Below are positions 1-13,022 of a DNA stretch of 64,000 nucleotides, one piece after another; within the stretch, counting starts at the first letter, position 1, and every line of letters starts with the position of its first letter. Below the pieces are notes generated by a model. The model was not told the origin of the DNA and did not search any database. It saw only the letters and a list, made by a program, of their open reading frames with translations. The translations under genes and the position numbers were made by a program. Source of the stretch: the human T2T-CHM13v2.0 reference genome, Homo sapiens; assembly GCF_009914755.1 (NCBI RefSeq), contig NC_060929.1. One strand, written 5' to 3'.

Positions 1-669
1 CAAACCCTATCAATAATTAAAAACAAAAATCACATGATCATCTCAATGAATGCAGAAAGAGCATTTGACAAAAATCCAGCATCCCTTTATGATTAAAACC
101 CTCAGCAAAATCATAGAAAGAATGTACCTTAATGTAATAAAAGCATAGAAAGGATGTACTTTACTGTAATAAAAGCCATCTATGACAAACTCACAGCCAA
201 CATAATACTGAATGGGGAAAAGTTGAAAGAAATCCCCCTGAGAACTGAACAATACAAGGCTCACCACTTCTATTCAATGTAGTACTGGAAGTCCTAGCCA
301 GAGCAATCAGAAAAGAGAATGAAATAAAGCATATCCAAATCAGTAAACGGGAAGTCAAATTGTCTCTGTTTGCTGATGATATGATCATATACCTAGAAAA
401 CCCTAAAGACTCCTCCAAAAAGCTCTTAGAACTGATAAATGATTTCAGCAGAGTTTTAGGATAAAAAACTAGTGCACACAAATCAGTAGCTCTGCTAGAC
501 ACCAACAGTGACTAAGCTGAGAATCACATCAATAACTCAACCCCTCTTATAATAGCTGCAAAAACATAAAACAAAATACTTAGGAATATACCTAACCAAG
601 GAGGTGACAGACCTCTAGAAGGAAAACTACAAAACACTGCTGAAAGAAATCACAGACAACACAAACAAT
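1..669 (+). mobile_element. LINE-1 ORF2 fragment (RT region), decayed; older primate L1 (L1PB/L1MA-like)
   Basis: Sequence such as 'tgtctctgtttgctgatgatatgatcatatacctagaaaaccctaaagac' encodes the L1 RT motif [14 protein letters not shown]. It has stops and indels, runs off the window start and ends abruptly at about 669. Confidence 0.92.
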
Positions 670-860
670 CATAAGGGTGGGTCTTTCCCATGCTATTCTT
701 GTGATAGTGAATAAGTCTCATGAGATCTGATGGTTTTTTAAAAATCAGTTTCCCTGAACAAGTTCTCATTTTCTCTCGTCTGCTACCATGTGAGATGGGC
801 CTTTCACCTTCCACCATTATTGTGAGGCCTCCCCAGCCACATGGAGCTGTGAGTCCATTA
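670..860 (+). mobile_element. THE1/MST-type MaLR LTR internal fragment
   Basis: 'cccatgctattcttgtgatagtgaataagtctcatgagatctgatggtttt' and 'tgtgaggcctccccagccacatgg..tgtgagtccatta' match the THE1 LTR consensus as I recall it. Both ends are truncated. Confidence 0.85.
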
Positions 861-1714
861 CTGTAGTTCCTTCACCAAAAAGCACTACCTTTGACACTAC
901 TGTGTCAAGAAGTCACAGACTGTATCTGTTTGCTACTGGAAAGTCAGACTATCACATGCTAATCCATTCTATTATATTCACAATTAATACCAACCACCAT
1001 GGTCAAAAATTTTATCCAGCAAATGTTTTTGCTTGTTAATACAGCTGGAAAGAAATAGTCATAACACATTTCAAAAATTGTGCATTCTTATTCATTCCAA
1101 TCCAAAGAAATTGCTATTGGAGTTTTCTCAGATGTTTGATACATCATTGAAAACTAATTATAATGTTTACAATTAAATATTGATAGAAAGTATCATTAAA
1201 ATAGTCAAACTCCATTACAAATTGAAACACTGCTCAGTTTCATGACTGATTAAAATATCTTCTCAGAAGATAGTCTCAGAAAAGTATCCAGGAACCACTT
1301 TTCTGGTAAATAATTTTGATGTTACAGTATTTCAGATGTTCTGTCCATTTAACACATTTATATTCATAATAAATAAATACAAAATAATCAAGAGATTTGC
1401 ATTTTTTGAAGTTACAAATGGTAGCTTTAAAAAATTTATTGGAATCTAATTGATTTTCTAAAATAAGTTATTCTAGTTTAGTTTACGGTAAATCATAGAC
1501 ATTTAATAAGTTATGTAAATGTAATATCTAGTGGCTTTGTAGGTATGTGTTTATACATATTTCTTTGTGAAGAACTTTTTATTTTACTTTCTAGTGTTTT
1601 GATATAATACTAAATATATCTGCGTGTCTTCTTGGTTTTATATTGAAGTTATGTTTTCTTAAAGCTCTTCCTCTTAGCTACATCTTTATTTGATTTGGCT
1701 TCATTTGATTTGAT

Positions 1715-1876
1715 TATTTATTTTTTGGAGACAGGGGCTTACTCTTGTCACAGGCTGGAGTGCAGTGGTGTGATCAGGGCTGACTGCAGCCTCAACTTCC
1801 CGGGCTCAAGCGATTGTCCCACCTCAGCCCCTCCCAAGTAACTGGGACTACAGATGTGCACCACCATGCTGGCTGA
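1715..1876 (-). mobile_element. Alu right monomer (FRAM/AluJ-like)
   Basis: T-rich tail followed by 'caggctggagtgcagtggtgtgatc...ctcaagcgattgtcccacctcagcc...gggactacag'; single monomer only. Confidence 0.85.
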
Positions 1877-2374
1877 TTAGCTGTATCTTTATATTTGACT
1901 TAATCTTCATTTAAGACATTCAGATTTTCACCATAAACCCTATAAAAAGAAGAATTTCTTCTCTATTGAGTGTCTCTTTTTCCTTAGAATCTGAGAGTTT
2001 CATATAATAAGCACTCAGTAAATATTTACTGCATTAGAGAATGAATAAAGGAATGAACAACTATTTTGGAAATTCATTCCAGTGCCCTGCATTTACAGTG
2101 AATTCTTTCTATTCAGTACATATTAAGCAAAAACTCCATAATTTTTACTCATAATTTTGTGTCTATGTACAAAATGTTGAGCACAAACTTTGGGGGAAAT
2201 TTTCCTCAACACAATTCTATTTGTTTTCTTTGGAAATACCGATTAAAATTTCATATTTCCACTCAACATCAAAATTATTTCAGAATACAAAGCAAATAAA
2301 TTTACTCATCATATACTAATTTCTATAATTTAAGGATAGAAAATGGCATTCATATAGTTACATATGCATAAATT

Positions 2375-2665
2375 TAAACAATATTATATTAAATATATTT
2401 AATATATTATATATTAAATAATATATATAATATATATGTAATTTTATATATTATATATAATATACATATTATATATTATATATAGTATACATATTATATA
2501 TAATATTATATATAATATACATATTATATATAATATTATATATAATATACATATTATATATTATATATAGTATACATATTATATATAATATTATATATAA
2601 TATACATATTATATATTATATATAATATTATATATAATATGTATATTATATATAATATATTATAA
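2375..2665. repeat. AT-only minisatellite / low-complexity (TA-rich, ~30-bp unit ATATTATATATAATATTATATATAATATAC)
   Basis: Directly visible tandem units at 2491-2580 with degenerate copies on either side. Confidence 0.9.
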
Positions 2666-2868
2666 ATGCATTTGGATAAATGCATTTGGATACTAAATTT
2701 CAAAATATTTATATGAAAACTTTTACTTTCTAATGTAAAATAAAAATTGTGAGATTTTTTATGTGGGAAATATTTATTTTCAAATTGTAATGCCAATTTT
2801 TCCAATGTTAAACAAAAGAGAGATTGCATTTATTTAAATAATTTATAAGAAAGAATTTATGTTGCCTG

Positions 2869-3115
2869 TTCCCTTTTGGTTGAAAGATGGCATTGTTAAT
2901 ACGTAGAATTGTATTCACCTGGTAAAGACATCATTCACACACTCCATAAAGTTTAATTTTAAATTAAAAGAATTTTTGCTCTGACATTAATCCTATTAAC
3001 AGAATAGAGAATTCAAAATTATGTCAAGAAGCAACACAAGCTTTTAACACTGTAATAATTGGCACTGTTCTGTAGATGATATTAAGAAGCCCAAGGTTAC
3101 AGAAGGATGGAAATA
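2869..3115 (+). repeat. Unique-sequence donor of the inverted copy at 4279-4523
   Basis: Reverse complement of 4279-4523, with about 5 substitutions and one 2-bp indel by eye. Confidence 0.95.
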
Positions 3116-4224
3116 ATAACTGAATGGTTCAAGTTTTCTCACTAATTACATTTTATTATTACACTAGGGAAAATATTCCAATAAAGCAATCAATGAGGAA
3201 GGGGCTTAAAACTATATAAGAAATATGGCTTATAATTTAGCAGTTTTTAAATGATCACACACAGTACCTTGTATGTAAGTGCTGCTCAAAAATTATTGAC
3301 TTTTAAAAAATAATAATATATTTTAATATTGTTGTTATTTCCCTAATATAAACTTGTTTTAATACAAGAAGAATGAGGGCATTTAGTCTTTCTAGTGATC
3401 TGATACCTTTGTCACCTAGTTCTCTGTTTTATTTACTCTTAGTTTTATCATCATTTTTGATAATTTTTTTATATAAAGCAATAACCTACTCAAACACCAG
3501 CCCACTATTTTACAGTTATTTTTATTTAGAAAACTCCATTAACATTTACCTCCACATTTCCATTCCAACACCTGGGACCTATATTACCCTAAAATATTTT
3601 CTCTTTGATACCATTTTGGAAGCAAGTTTTTGATCAATTATTACCCAAAATATATTGATTATCTTTTTATTTCATCAAGACCAATTTCTTAGTCATGCTA
3701 CTTACTACTAATATATAAACTCCCATCTTATTCTACTTTTTTCTTCTACCCAGCCTTTCTTCCTTTCTTCCTTCCACCTATCTTCATTCCCTCATTTATT
3801 TATTCAGAAAACACAGGTATGTGGCAATCCTCAATATGAAACTAAATATCTGGGGTTTCCTTTGTGGCTCTACTGCCTGAGTTCCTTTTCCCAAAGTTAA
3901 ACTGCACTGATGTACTCAAGAAAGCACAATATAATTTAACTTTAAAAACTTCATTTTAAAATCTGTGCTCAAATTGTCTTTATAGACAAACAAAACTGAC
4001 TTTATTGTGTTCAACATTTAACAAAATTAAAAACATTTATAAATAAAGAGTCAATGTCTGAATCGACTTTAACTTTCACATTCATCTTGCCAAATGTGGT
4101 ACTTTTAGTTAGGCCCTCTGTTATGGTTCTTCTTAGTGTGAGAAATGGAAGACTGATTCTGATCCTGCGCACAGGAATGCACTGTGTGAGGTCTTACTTG
4201 CTCCCAAGCTTATACTTGTGAGAT

Positions 4225-4545
4225 TATATATATATATATGTGTGTATATATATATATATGTATATATACACACATATATATTTCCATCCTTCTGTAACCT
4301 TAGGCTTCTTAATATCACCTACAGAACAGTGCCAATTATTAGTGTTAAAAGCTTGTGTTGCTTCTTGACATAATTTTGAATTCTCTATTCTGTTAATAGG
4401 ATTAATGTCAGAGCAAAAATTCTTTTAATTTAAAATAAAACTTTATGGAGTGTGTGAATGATGTCTTTACCAGGTGAATACAATTCTACGTATTAATAAT
4501 GCCATCTTTCAACAAAAAGGGAAAGATATATATATATATATATGT
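4225..4545 (-). repeat. (TA)n/(TG)n microsatellite interrupted by a 245-bp inverted copy (4279-4523) of 2869-3115
   Basis: TA tracts at 4225-4280 and 4526-4543 directly flank 'tttccatccttctgtaacc...catctttcaacaaaaagggaa', the reverse complement of 2869-3115. Confidence 0.95.
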
Positions 4546-5199
4546 AATCACAATGAATCACATTGAACATACATGAATATGGATGTTCCCAGTGTGAATG
4601 CTCAGTTACCTTATAAATCATGCCTACAAGGTGCTTTATGGTTTGCAGGTAATCATGACAAGCAGTAGGCACAGTTATCGCCCTACATATAGCCAGAAGT
4701 GTCCACGAAGAGAAAATAATCTTAGAAGAAAACTAAGACTACTTTCTCAGATGATCTTACAGAATTTTCACCCAAAGCAAAGGCATCTTTTGCTGCTGTG
4801 TGACCTCTGAGGAAAGTCCAGAGACCAGGAAAATCAAACTTTCAGTTGATATGATGCTGCTCTGTTCTCCGCTCTAGGTGAGATCAGACTTCCTGACGAT
4901 GCTACTTTAAAGAATCTCCTCTCCTTTGCCTGTGTGTTGATAACTTTTGTCAGTTTCTGCCACTCTGATAACAGTAATGTGTAAATAAAGTTGTTTGGAA
5001 TGTATTTGTATATTTACTAAGAAAATTAAATTTTTTTTCTAAGGGTAACTAAACACGTGTTTATTTTTTTCCATTTTCCTTCCAAATGGAAAGGGAAAAT
5101 GCTTTACTCCACCATTGAAACTTTGTGAAGCTTTCTCTTTTTGAACATTTAGAACTTACTGTAAATTTTTATTAATGTATTACTTGAATTTTCAAATTC

Positions 5200-5395
5200 A
5201 GAATCAGACACACTTGTACAAATCTGTCCTACTACTTAAAAGCTATGTACCCTGGACTCTCAATTTCTCTGAAACTCAGTTTCCTCATCTATAAATAGAA
5301 TGCTACCAGTGCCCACCTCACAAATTGTTATGTTCAATGGGACATAATGTGTTTAATCAGTGTTATCAACATTATAAACATTTTATTATTGTTGC
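5200..5395 (+). mobile_element. MIR SINE
   Basis: MIR core 'ctctgaaactcagtttcctcatctataaatagaatg...cctcacaaattgtt'. Confidence 0.75.
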
Positions 5396-6142
5396 AATCA
5401 TAATAATAAAGAGTATTCATTTCAATTGTTTAATAAACACTTTAGTTTAATTCTAATATCTTCCAGTAAGTCTGAGTATAAAGATATTGTATTTATACAG
5501 ACAGCTTTTAATAATTTCCTTTTGTATTTGGTAAACCTTTATTATTTGGAAGAATATATTTGATTAACACAAATACTCAAATTGAGACAACATGAACCAA
5601 ACACAAATCATTGAAATTAGTTTGATTGTTGGCAAATCTCTGTATCCTCAGAATAAATTATGCAAACAACTCAAAGACTGAACAAATAAAACAAACACTG
5701 GAAATATTCTTGGGGATTTTATGTTATCTATGGAAAGCATGAAAAACTAATTCTTCCATTTTCTGTTTTCATGACCATCCTTTAAGAGATGTCAGAAATG
5801 CATTTGGAAACTAAATCAAGATCACAAAATTGTACAATTCAAAATGCACAGAAACATGTATTTCCCTAGTTTATTACTTCAAAAGTCTCTATGAAACCTT
5901 AGTATTTCTTAAACTTATATATTATACTATGATAGCAGGAATTTCTTTTCTTAATGCAGCTATTCCAACTACGTCAAATAATTTGAATCCCAAATATTTT
6001 CGTTTTGGCATTAACAATATGACAAAGGAAAAACCTTTAGGAGAAAAAGAAGATATCATAGACTGAGATGTAAAATATACACAAGGAAAAAGTGGCAATT
6101 ATGTTTAACTAGCATCGTCCCTCTGAACGTGACATACACTGA

Positions 6143-6320
6143 GCAATTGTTCTCAACATGGAATCACTTACATCAGAATCACTGGAGGCATTTTTAAACA
6201 TTCATCCCCAGGACATGAGTCAGACTCCCCAAATCAAATCTCCAGAACTAAAATCTGAGAACCTGCATATTTAACAAGCTCCCAAGGTGATTTTTATACA
6301 CATGAAAATTGATAAGCTCT
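6143..6320. mobile_element. MER5A-like hAT-Charlie MITE
   Basis: 'ttctcaac...catcagaatcactggag...ctgcatatttaacaagctcccaaggtgatt' is typical of MER5A. Confidence 0.7.
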
Positions 6321-6509
6321 CACCTTAGACTGATTCACCTGATCTGTACCCAAAGGTTTCAGAAAAACGATTAGGTAAAGAGGAGCCTAAAGCAGTTGTA
6401 CAAAAATTCCAATTTTGGTGTATATAGTTAGTTCAGTGTTCGTCTTTGTGCAAAATAGCTGATCTATTATTCTATGAGCTATCATTAGTAGGGGATTTAC
6501 TAAGTCTCA

Positions 6510-6720
6510 TATACTGTGTGACAACTGCTTAGCATACTCATTTTATCTTTATCTCCTAACTCCATAAACTAAATACTACTATCCCTATTTTACAGATGAG
6601 AAGAAATGAGATCAGTAAGATTAAGTACTTGCCCGAAGTATTTTGATTAGTAAAGAACAGAAAATGAATTTTTAACTCAGGCTTGAATGATTTCAAAGCT
6701 CATATTTCTGACTATTATAT
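6510..6720 (-). mobile_element. MIR SINE
   Basis: 'tatccctattttacagatgagaagaaatgag...ttaagtacttgcccgaag' is the reverse-orientation MIR core. Confidence 0.75.
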
Positions 6721-8094
6721 AAATAACATCTAATAGGTCTCTATGGCACTTGGTATTACCATACGGACTCCCATGCAAATACTAATTAATCTTAACTTTT
6801 GAGGAAGGACTGTCTTCTGTCAACATGGTCTTGTCATAAAATATTTTATACCTGGTACTACTTATTAATGTTTATCATATGTTTACTTACACTATCTCCT
6901 TGGATCCTCAAAACAGTTCTGTGACATGAGACAAAGCAAATTATTGTCATCATCTGCAAATGGAGAGATTAGGATAATACCAAGTACCATAGGGATGTAT
7001 TAGAGGACTGGGGACAAGAATCCACATCTTTTATTGCCTGATATATTTTCTTTTGCTCCCACTATACTGACCCACTAGAAGCCAAGAATTTCCTATATAT
7101 CCACTTGAACTCAAACGTTTGTCTAGAAAAAAATATTTTAAAGACAAAATACGGTAAAAATTTGGCCGACTGATAGCAAGTGAAGAGGTGACTTGCAATA
7201 ATAATGGTGACTTTCCAGGGCTATAAAAACTATAAACATTTTTCAATGCTGTAATTACAAAGTTTTGCTCTCTTTCCCCCCACTCTCTTCATCCTGCCAG
7301 AAGAGGGTGAAAACAGCCACTATCTGACACTACTACCTATATTAAGGCTGTATTATAGAGTTACAGTGCTAATCTCTTCCTTACAGTCTTAAGTCTTTTA
7401 ATCTTGTATTTTATAAAGGGGAAGTATAATCCTAGCTACATATAGATGAATCACTTGCCTATTCAACAAACTTTTATTGAGTGCTCAAAATGCATGAGGA
7501 CCCGTGCTAGTTACCAGGAGTACAGAGCTGATGAAGTCACTCCCTTAATTAGCATTTACTTTCACCTACTCAGGATTCCATTGACTCCTAACTTAACATG
7601 CAATTTTAGAGTGGAGATATTTGAAGGGAAGTACTTTCCAAGTTGGCATATATTTTGTTTTAAACCTTTTAAGTCTACAGTAGAATCATGTATTACTTGC
7701 TTACAACAGAAATGTAAAATTGCCTGGGAATGACTACTTCTCTGGCACATTTATGCTTTACACTTATTTATTTCAATGTGAAAATAAAATTGACTTGAAA
7801 CTTACCACTTTTCTATATTCGTTGTGGTGATTTAATTTCTTTTCCTAGACAAGTTACCTCATCAAATTAAATGCTTTTCCGTGCCCAATGTTTCAATGTC
7901 ATAATAAACTAAGTTATTACATGGAAGTTACTATTACATAAATCTTGACTTGTTGGGTTCCTGGCCTACTACTCCATAGATACTTTAGGCATATTTTATG
8001 CACAGATACCTGGTAACCTTATACACTGAAGAATCTTAAATCTCACAGAGGACATATAGTAAACATAATTTTGTTTACTTTTACATTGTTCTTC

Positions 8095-8765
8095 TAACAA
8101 ACGGGGGTCTAATCAGAAGACAGAAACCACACAGTAATCTGAATGAGGAATGCTTGATGTAAAGAATTACTGACTTATAACAGGGAATTAGAAAAATAAA
8201 GGATTGGCTAGGAAGGAATACAAAGAACTCTGAAAAATATGAGTAGAAAATGTATGATATAGACACTGCCTCTAGGGTGAGATAGAGTGCCCAAGTAAAG
8301 GATTACATTTGGAAGAACTTCCTTCCCTTTTGGGTTATTTTCCTAGTACTGAAATCTAGATCTCATAGGAAAGTAAAAAGCCTTGACTCTGGACAATGGA
8401 GACATTCACTGTGGCTACAAATCTCCTTGAGTCTAGGTGCAGGGTAGGTCACTCAGAGGAAGCACCAGTCTACCTAACAGTTCAGCCAAGTGCTGCAGGA
8501 GATTCATGGTATGGCAGAAACTGGCCATGTTGTAAGAGCTGGGCACTGCAAAAACCACATGTGCTATAGGAGCCTGTCTACAGGAACTCACCTGACTCTG
8601 AAGAAAAAAAAAAAAATCCCTTCACTTTTCAGTATCTCTTCTGCACCCTCCACTGACAAAGTTTAGCCTCGGTGCGCTAGCAAAGAGAAATATTATAGGG
8701 TCCATCTCCAGGATCGCAGAGCAGGCCATTCAATGTGGATTTGGAGCTAAATATATAACTGACAC
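8095..8765. mobile_element. Ancient LTR (LTR78-like; family uncertain)
   Basis: Start 'gggtctaatcagaagacagaaaccacacagtaatctgaat...taaagaattact' resembles ancient mammalian LTR termini. The segment is more GC-rich than its flanks. Confidence 0.45.
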
Positions 8766-10229
8766 ATTGATGGTAGTATAATTTTTTATTTCTAGCTAAC
8801 CCAATTTTAAGCTATTTTGAAGATATTGAGAATCTTGGTCATTACTGTATGTAGAGGGTCACTGGCATCTTTTAATAAAACTTTGTCTAATTTAGCGTAA
8901 AATCCACAGAAAGCATTAGTGACTGCTATGAAAAGGTATAATGTAAATGTGATACCATAAATATAAAAGAAAACAATTTAGGGATTATATCGCAGTAATT
9001 TCCATAAGATAAGAATCTTAAAATTTAAAAAGGTAGATATATTTTATAAAATTTGATTAGTTGTACCAATCAAACATGTGTTAGAAGAACAATTTTTTTA
9101 AGCAATTGTAAGTTTTTCCAAATAAATGAGTCAGTTAAGCCTAAGTAACTATTCCCCAAATTAGGTAGAAATAAAAATAAAAATTTGTTTCCTTAAATTT
9201 TTATATAAATATTTAACTGAAATGTATCTCCTAAATAAGATTTTCCACACAGAGAGCATTGAATAGAGATGTACTAAAAGATATGTCTAGAGTCCTGAAA
9301 AAAAATCATAGAAAATATACCAAATCAGCCAGTAAACAAAAGCAATATATAGATATACAGAAAGCTCTGGGAAAATAACAGAAGAAAAAAAATAAGTAAT
9401 ACAAAATGGCAGAATGTCTTCATATGTGTGTATGAGAGTCTTGATTTCTCAGGACATTCACTGCAAATATGTGCATGGAAAAAGCATTTCAGAATTCATA
9501 TATTTCTGTCTTCTGGGATGGAGTGGCAGAGTCAAGGGTTTGTAAAGAGTGAAACTAGGTTTCGTCTGGAGTGTTTGGATGTGTGTTTGTATCTGTGTGT
9601 CTGTGGGTGCATGCACAGGCATACACACACCCATTCTTTGCATGGCTATTAACAGAAGAAAATCTGGGGTTCAACAACATGGCTAAAAGCAAAAGGTCAG
9701 TGTTTTGAAGTCATTTGCAAAGTAAAGTTGCGCTTCAGAGAAGCAAGGGGCCAGGGAGTTGGTCTTCAGAGATAGTTCATTAGGCAAAAGAGTTAAAACT
9801 GTAAAAGAATCCAAAAGATACAGAGCAAAAGGGGAAAACTGTGTTTTGGTAGGACTCTCCCATTTTACTCTCTGATCATGATTTATGTCCTCAGTATCTG
9901 CCTAAAAGAGATGAACTGATTCACCTTTATCATAACTAGTCATTCTTGATTTCAACTTGTGTGTATAGTGGAAGCACACTTTTATCTTACTGCAAAATCA
10001 GATTATACTAACTCATGGTGCTAGTAGCTTAACTTCCCTGAGCTTGTTGCTTCTCCATATCTTGTTTGTTGTAACCAAAGTAAGTTAGAGATACAGGATA
10101 TTGAGTTAGATATGAGTTGCAAACTCCTTTTCCCATTACCAAACCTATGTCTATGGCTATAAACGCATCCATATTCTCCTTTCCACTGATCCAAATGAAT
10201 TCCTAATAGATACAAATGCTCAACATGTA

Positions 10230-10690
10230 CTGCACCTTCCTCTTCTATCTTATCAATGAATTTGTTATCATATTACTCACACTCCCTATAGAATTATAAT
10301 TCTTTCTCTTCCTTATTCTCACAGTATAAATACATGCTCTATAATCTGCTATCTTTGAAACAATCCCCTTTTAACTCTCCAGGTTTTTCTCATTTTTCTG
10401 CTCCTTCTGACAACCAAACTTATAAAATCATTTGTCTACAGATATCTTTCTCTCCCTTCCCATTCATATTTTAACCCACAAGACTCTAATATTCATCTCT
10501 GTACTCCATAAAACCACGCTTATAAATTGCCAAATTGCCAAATTCAACATAAATATTCTTTTTTTGTCTTATTCAATATCTTGGTAGCTCAGTAGTAATG
10601 ACTACTCTCTCATTAAAACATTTTTTCTTGTCTTTTCAGATATACTGCCTTGCCTCTTCTCCTACCTTCTCTGTTTCTTTTGCTGAAGTT
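10230..10690 (+). mobile_element. L2 LINE fragment
   Basis: Pyrimidine-rich L2-like text, e.g. 'tactccataaaaccacgctt...gccaaattcaac...tgactactctctc'. Confidence 0.5.
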
Positions 10691-11381
10691 GAATGATTAT
10701 GACAATATCATCAATAAATTAGACTTAATTAGATTCACCTGTGTTTCTCTCTGGCATGCTCTCTCATCAATTGTAAATAGTTGGAGTTACTCATTATCTA
10801 AGGAGTTTGAAGAATGTTAAGGGGGATGAGAATGACAATCATAATTCTTTTTTTCTTAAGAATATGCATGTGTTTGTTTTATAAAGACAAACACATACAT
10901 CACCACTGTCACCAACCACCACAATATCTTTGGAAATATGACTAGGGAATTTTTACTTTTTAAAAATATATGTAGAAAAATTAGCCTACCTACTGATACT
11001 GGAGGCTAGTTTATTTGTCCGTTTTTTCAAACTTCCAAAAGCAACTTTTCTTTTAGAACAAAACCTCTTAAGAGATTTTTCTAATATAAATAAATGACAA
11101 CTTAAAAACACGCTTAAAACTTATAAATGCCTAATCCTTTGAAGAAACTTACATCGAATAATAGCCTGATCTACAGCACCAATTTGATGTGGCCTTCATG
11201 ATGTTTATTCCATCATGATTACCAGTATCAAGGTTTTCCTCCTCAGAATTTAGGTATCAACAAAACAAATATTTTAACAAGATAAAATAATAGACTATAA
11301 ACTTTTAACATTTAAAAGAAGCCAAGTGATCATTTCCCCTTGTCTCCAGATTTTTTAATTAGGGGATTCAAGTACAAACAT

Positions 11382-11790
11382 TGTTTTGGGTCAAGTTTCC
11401 GAGAAACAGACTCTATGCAAGTAACTTACTAAGGGTGGATTAACAGAAGAAACCCACCAAGGGAATAGCCTACAGGGCACAATAAGGAAACATGCAAGCA
11501 AGGGTGTAACTTCAGGAATAGCCTTAGCTTCAGCATGATCCTGGTGGATAATTTGGAGCGTGAGTTATGTAGCAAACGTTATCCTGCCTAGAAGCAAGAA
11601 AGCTGGGCTTTTATCCTCCTGCCACAGTGGCTCTTTGGATACTTGCGACCCAGGAGACATTAACTCCCAGGTACTTCTGGCTCTGGCTGTCCATCTGGGC
11701 AAAACATATTGCAACAATACAAGGATATTCCACTGAGGAAGACTGCAGATGTGAGCCGTTTGGAGGAAAGCACACAGAAACTGGGGGATG
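11382..11790. mobile_element. ERVL-type LTR (LTR16-like)
   Basis: Start 'tgttttgggtcaagtttccgagaaacagactct' and internal 'gcaagaaagctgggcttttat' resemble the LTR16 family. Confidence 0.5.
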
Positions 11791-12792
11791 TGTGCATCAA
11801 ACCGGTTCTTTCAGTAGCAGATTGAAACACAGATAACTATCAGTAAGATATAGAAAAATTAAACACAGTACAATAATTCACCAAATCGTCCATTTGGATG
11901 ATTATGAAGAAGAGCAATCAGCAGCTAAAGAATTCATGTTCTTTACAAGTGCATTTAGAATATTGATAGAAATTAAACCCAAAGAAAATAAAAGAAGAAA
12001 TTAATAATGTTATAAAAAGATATTCAAAAATTTGGATGAAATAGACAAATTCTTAGACAGATACAGTTTATCAAAGTGTAATAAGGGAAACAGAAAATCT
12101 TAACAGTTAAATAACAAGTTTTAAAATAGAGTTTGTAAATAATATTTTACAGGAAAAGCTTCAGGTGCAGAGAATTACAAGTGAATTATTCCAGTCACTT
12201 AAAAAATAAATATTACCAATTATATACAGACTCTTTCAGAAGACAAAGCAAACATTTGTCAAGAATTACTTTAAGAGGCCAGCTAAACCTGATGCCAAAA
12301 TTTGATGATAAATTGCAAGACAGGAAAATTACAGACCAATCTCCTTTATAAATATATATGCATATATTGCAAATAAATAACTAGCAAAATGAATCAGCAA
12401 TATTTTAAAAAATATTAGGACAAAATTGAGTTGATTCTAAGAATGCAAATTTGTTTTAGATTTAAAGTTAAAATATGATCATAATACATTAAATGTGTTT
12501 ACGTTCAATTAAATTAATATACTAAGCACAATAAAATGTTTTCAACACAACTAATGACCAAATTCATATAATCACAACTAGACGCAAAACATTATTTAGA
12601 GAAATTCAACTTTAATTATTAAAAATAGTAAGAGAGGAATAGAATTGAGCTACCTTCATCTAATATTGGCTACCTTCAAAAACCCTTCAGCAAATTTTTA
12701 ATGTAATGGTGAAACGTTGAAATTTTCCCAGTTAGATCAGTCTCAAAAGAAGGAGGTCAACTATCACAACTGCCATTCATTATTGTGCTAGA

Positions 12793-13022
12793 ATAATTTG
12801 TTACTCATGTAAAATTAAAATAGATTTTTATATATTGAGGTTGTATTCCACATTCTTCCTAAATGCACTTAACAATTCTAAAAATGTATCTGTAGATAAT
12901 AAATATTTTATTTATTTTATTTTAGATACATTTTTGGAGTTGTTATGTGCATTTAGGAAGAATGTGGAATACAAGCTCGATATATAAATTTCTGTTTTAA
13001 TTTTGTATGAGTAACAAATTAT
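12793..13022. repeat. Inverted repeat, ~99-bp arms (12793-12891 / 12924-13022), 32-bp spacer, ~90% identity
   Basis: 'ttgtattccacattcttcctaaatgcac' pairs with 'gtgcatttaggaagaatgtggaatacaa'; the arms align end to end with about 10 mismatches. Confidence 0.93.

Noticed and set aside
2678-5816. 20/21 match AAATGCATTTGGA(T/A)ACTAAAT at ~2678 and ~5796
   Set aside because: Too short and AT-rich to separate from chance in 64 kb.
7806-7844. Possible 39-nt minus-strand exon (EKKLNHHNEYRKV) with a GTAAGT donor
   Set aside because: The acceptor lacks a polypyrimidine tract, so it is likely chance.
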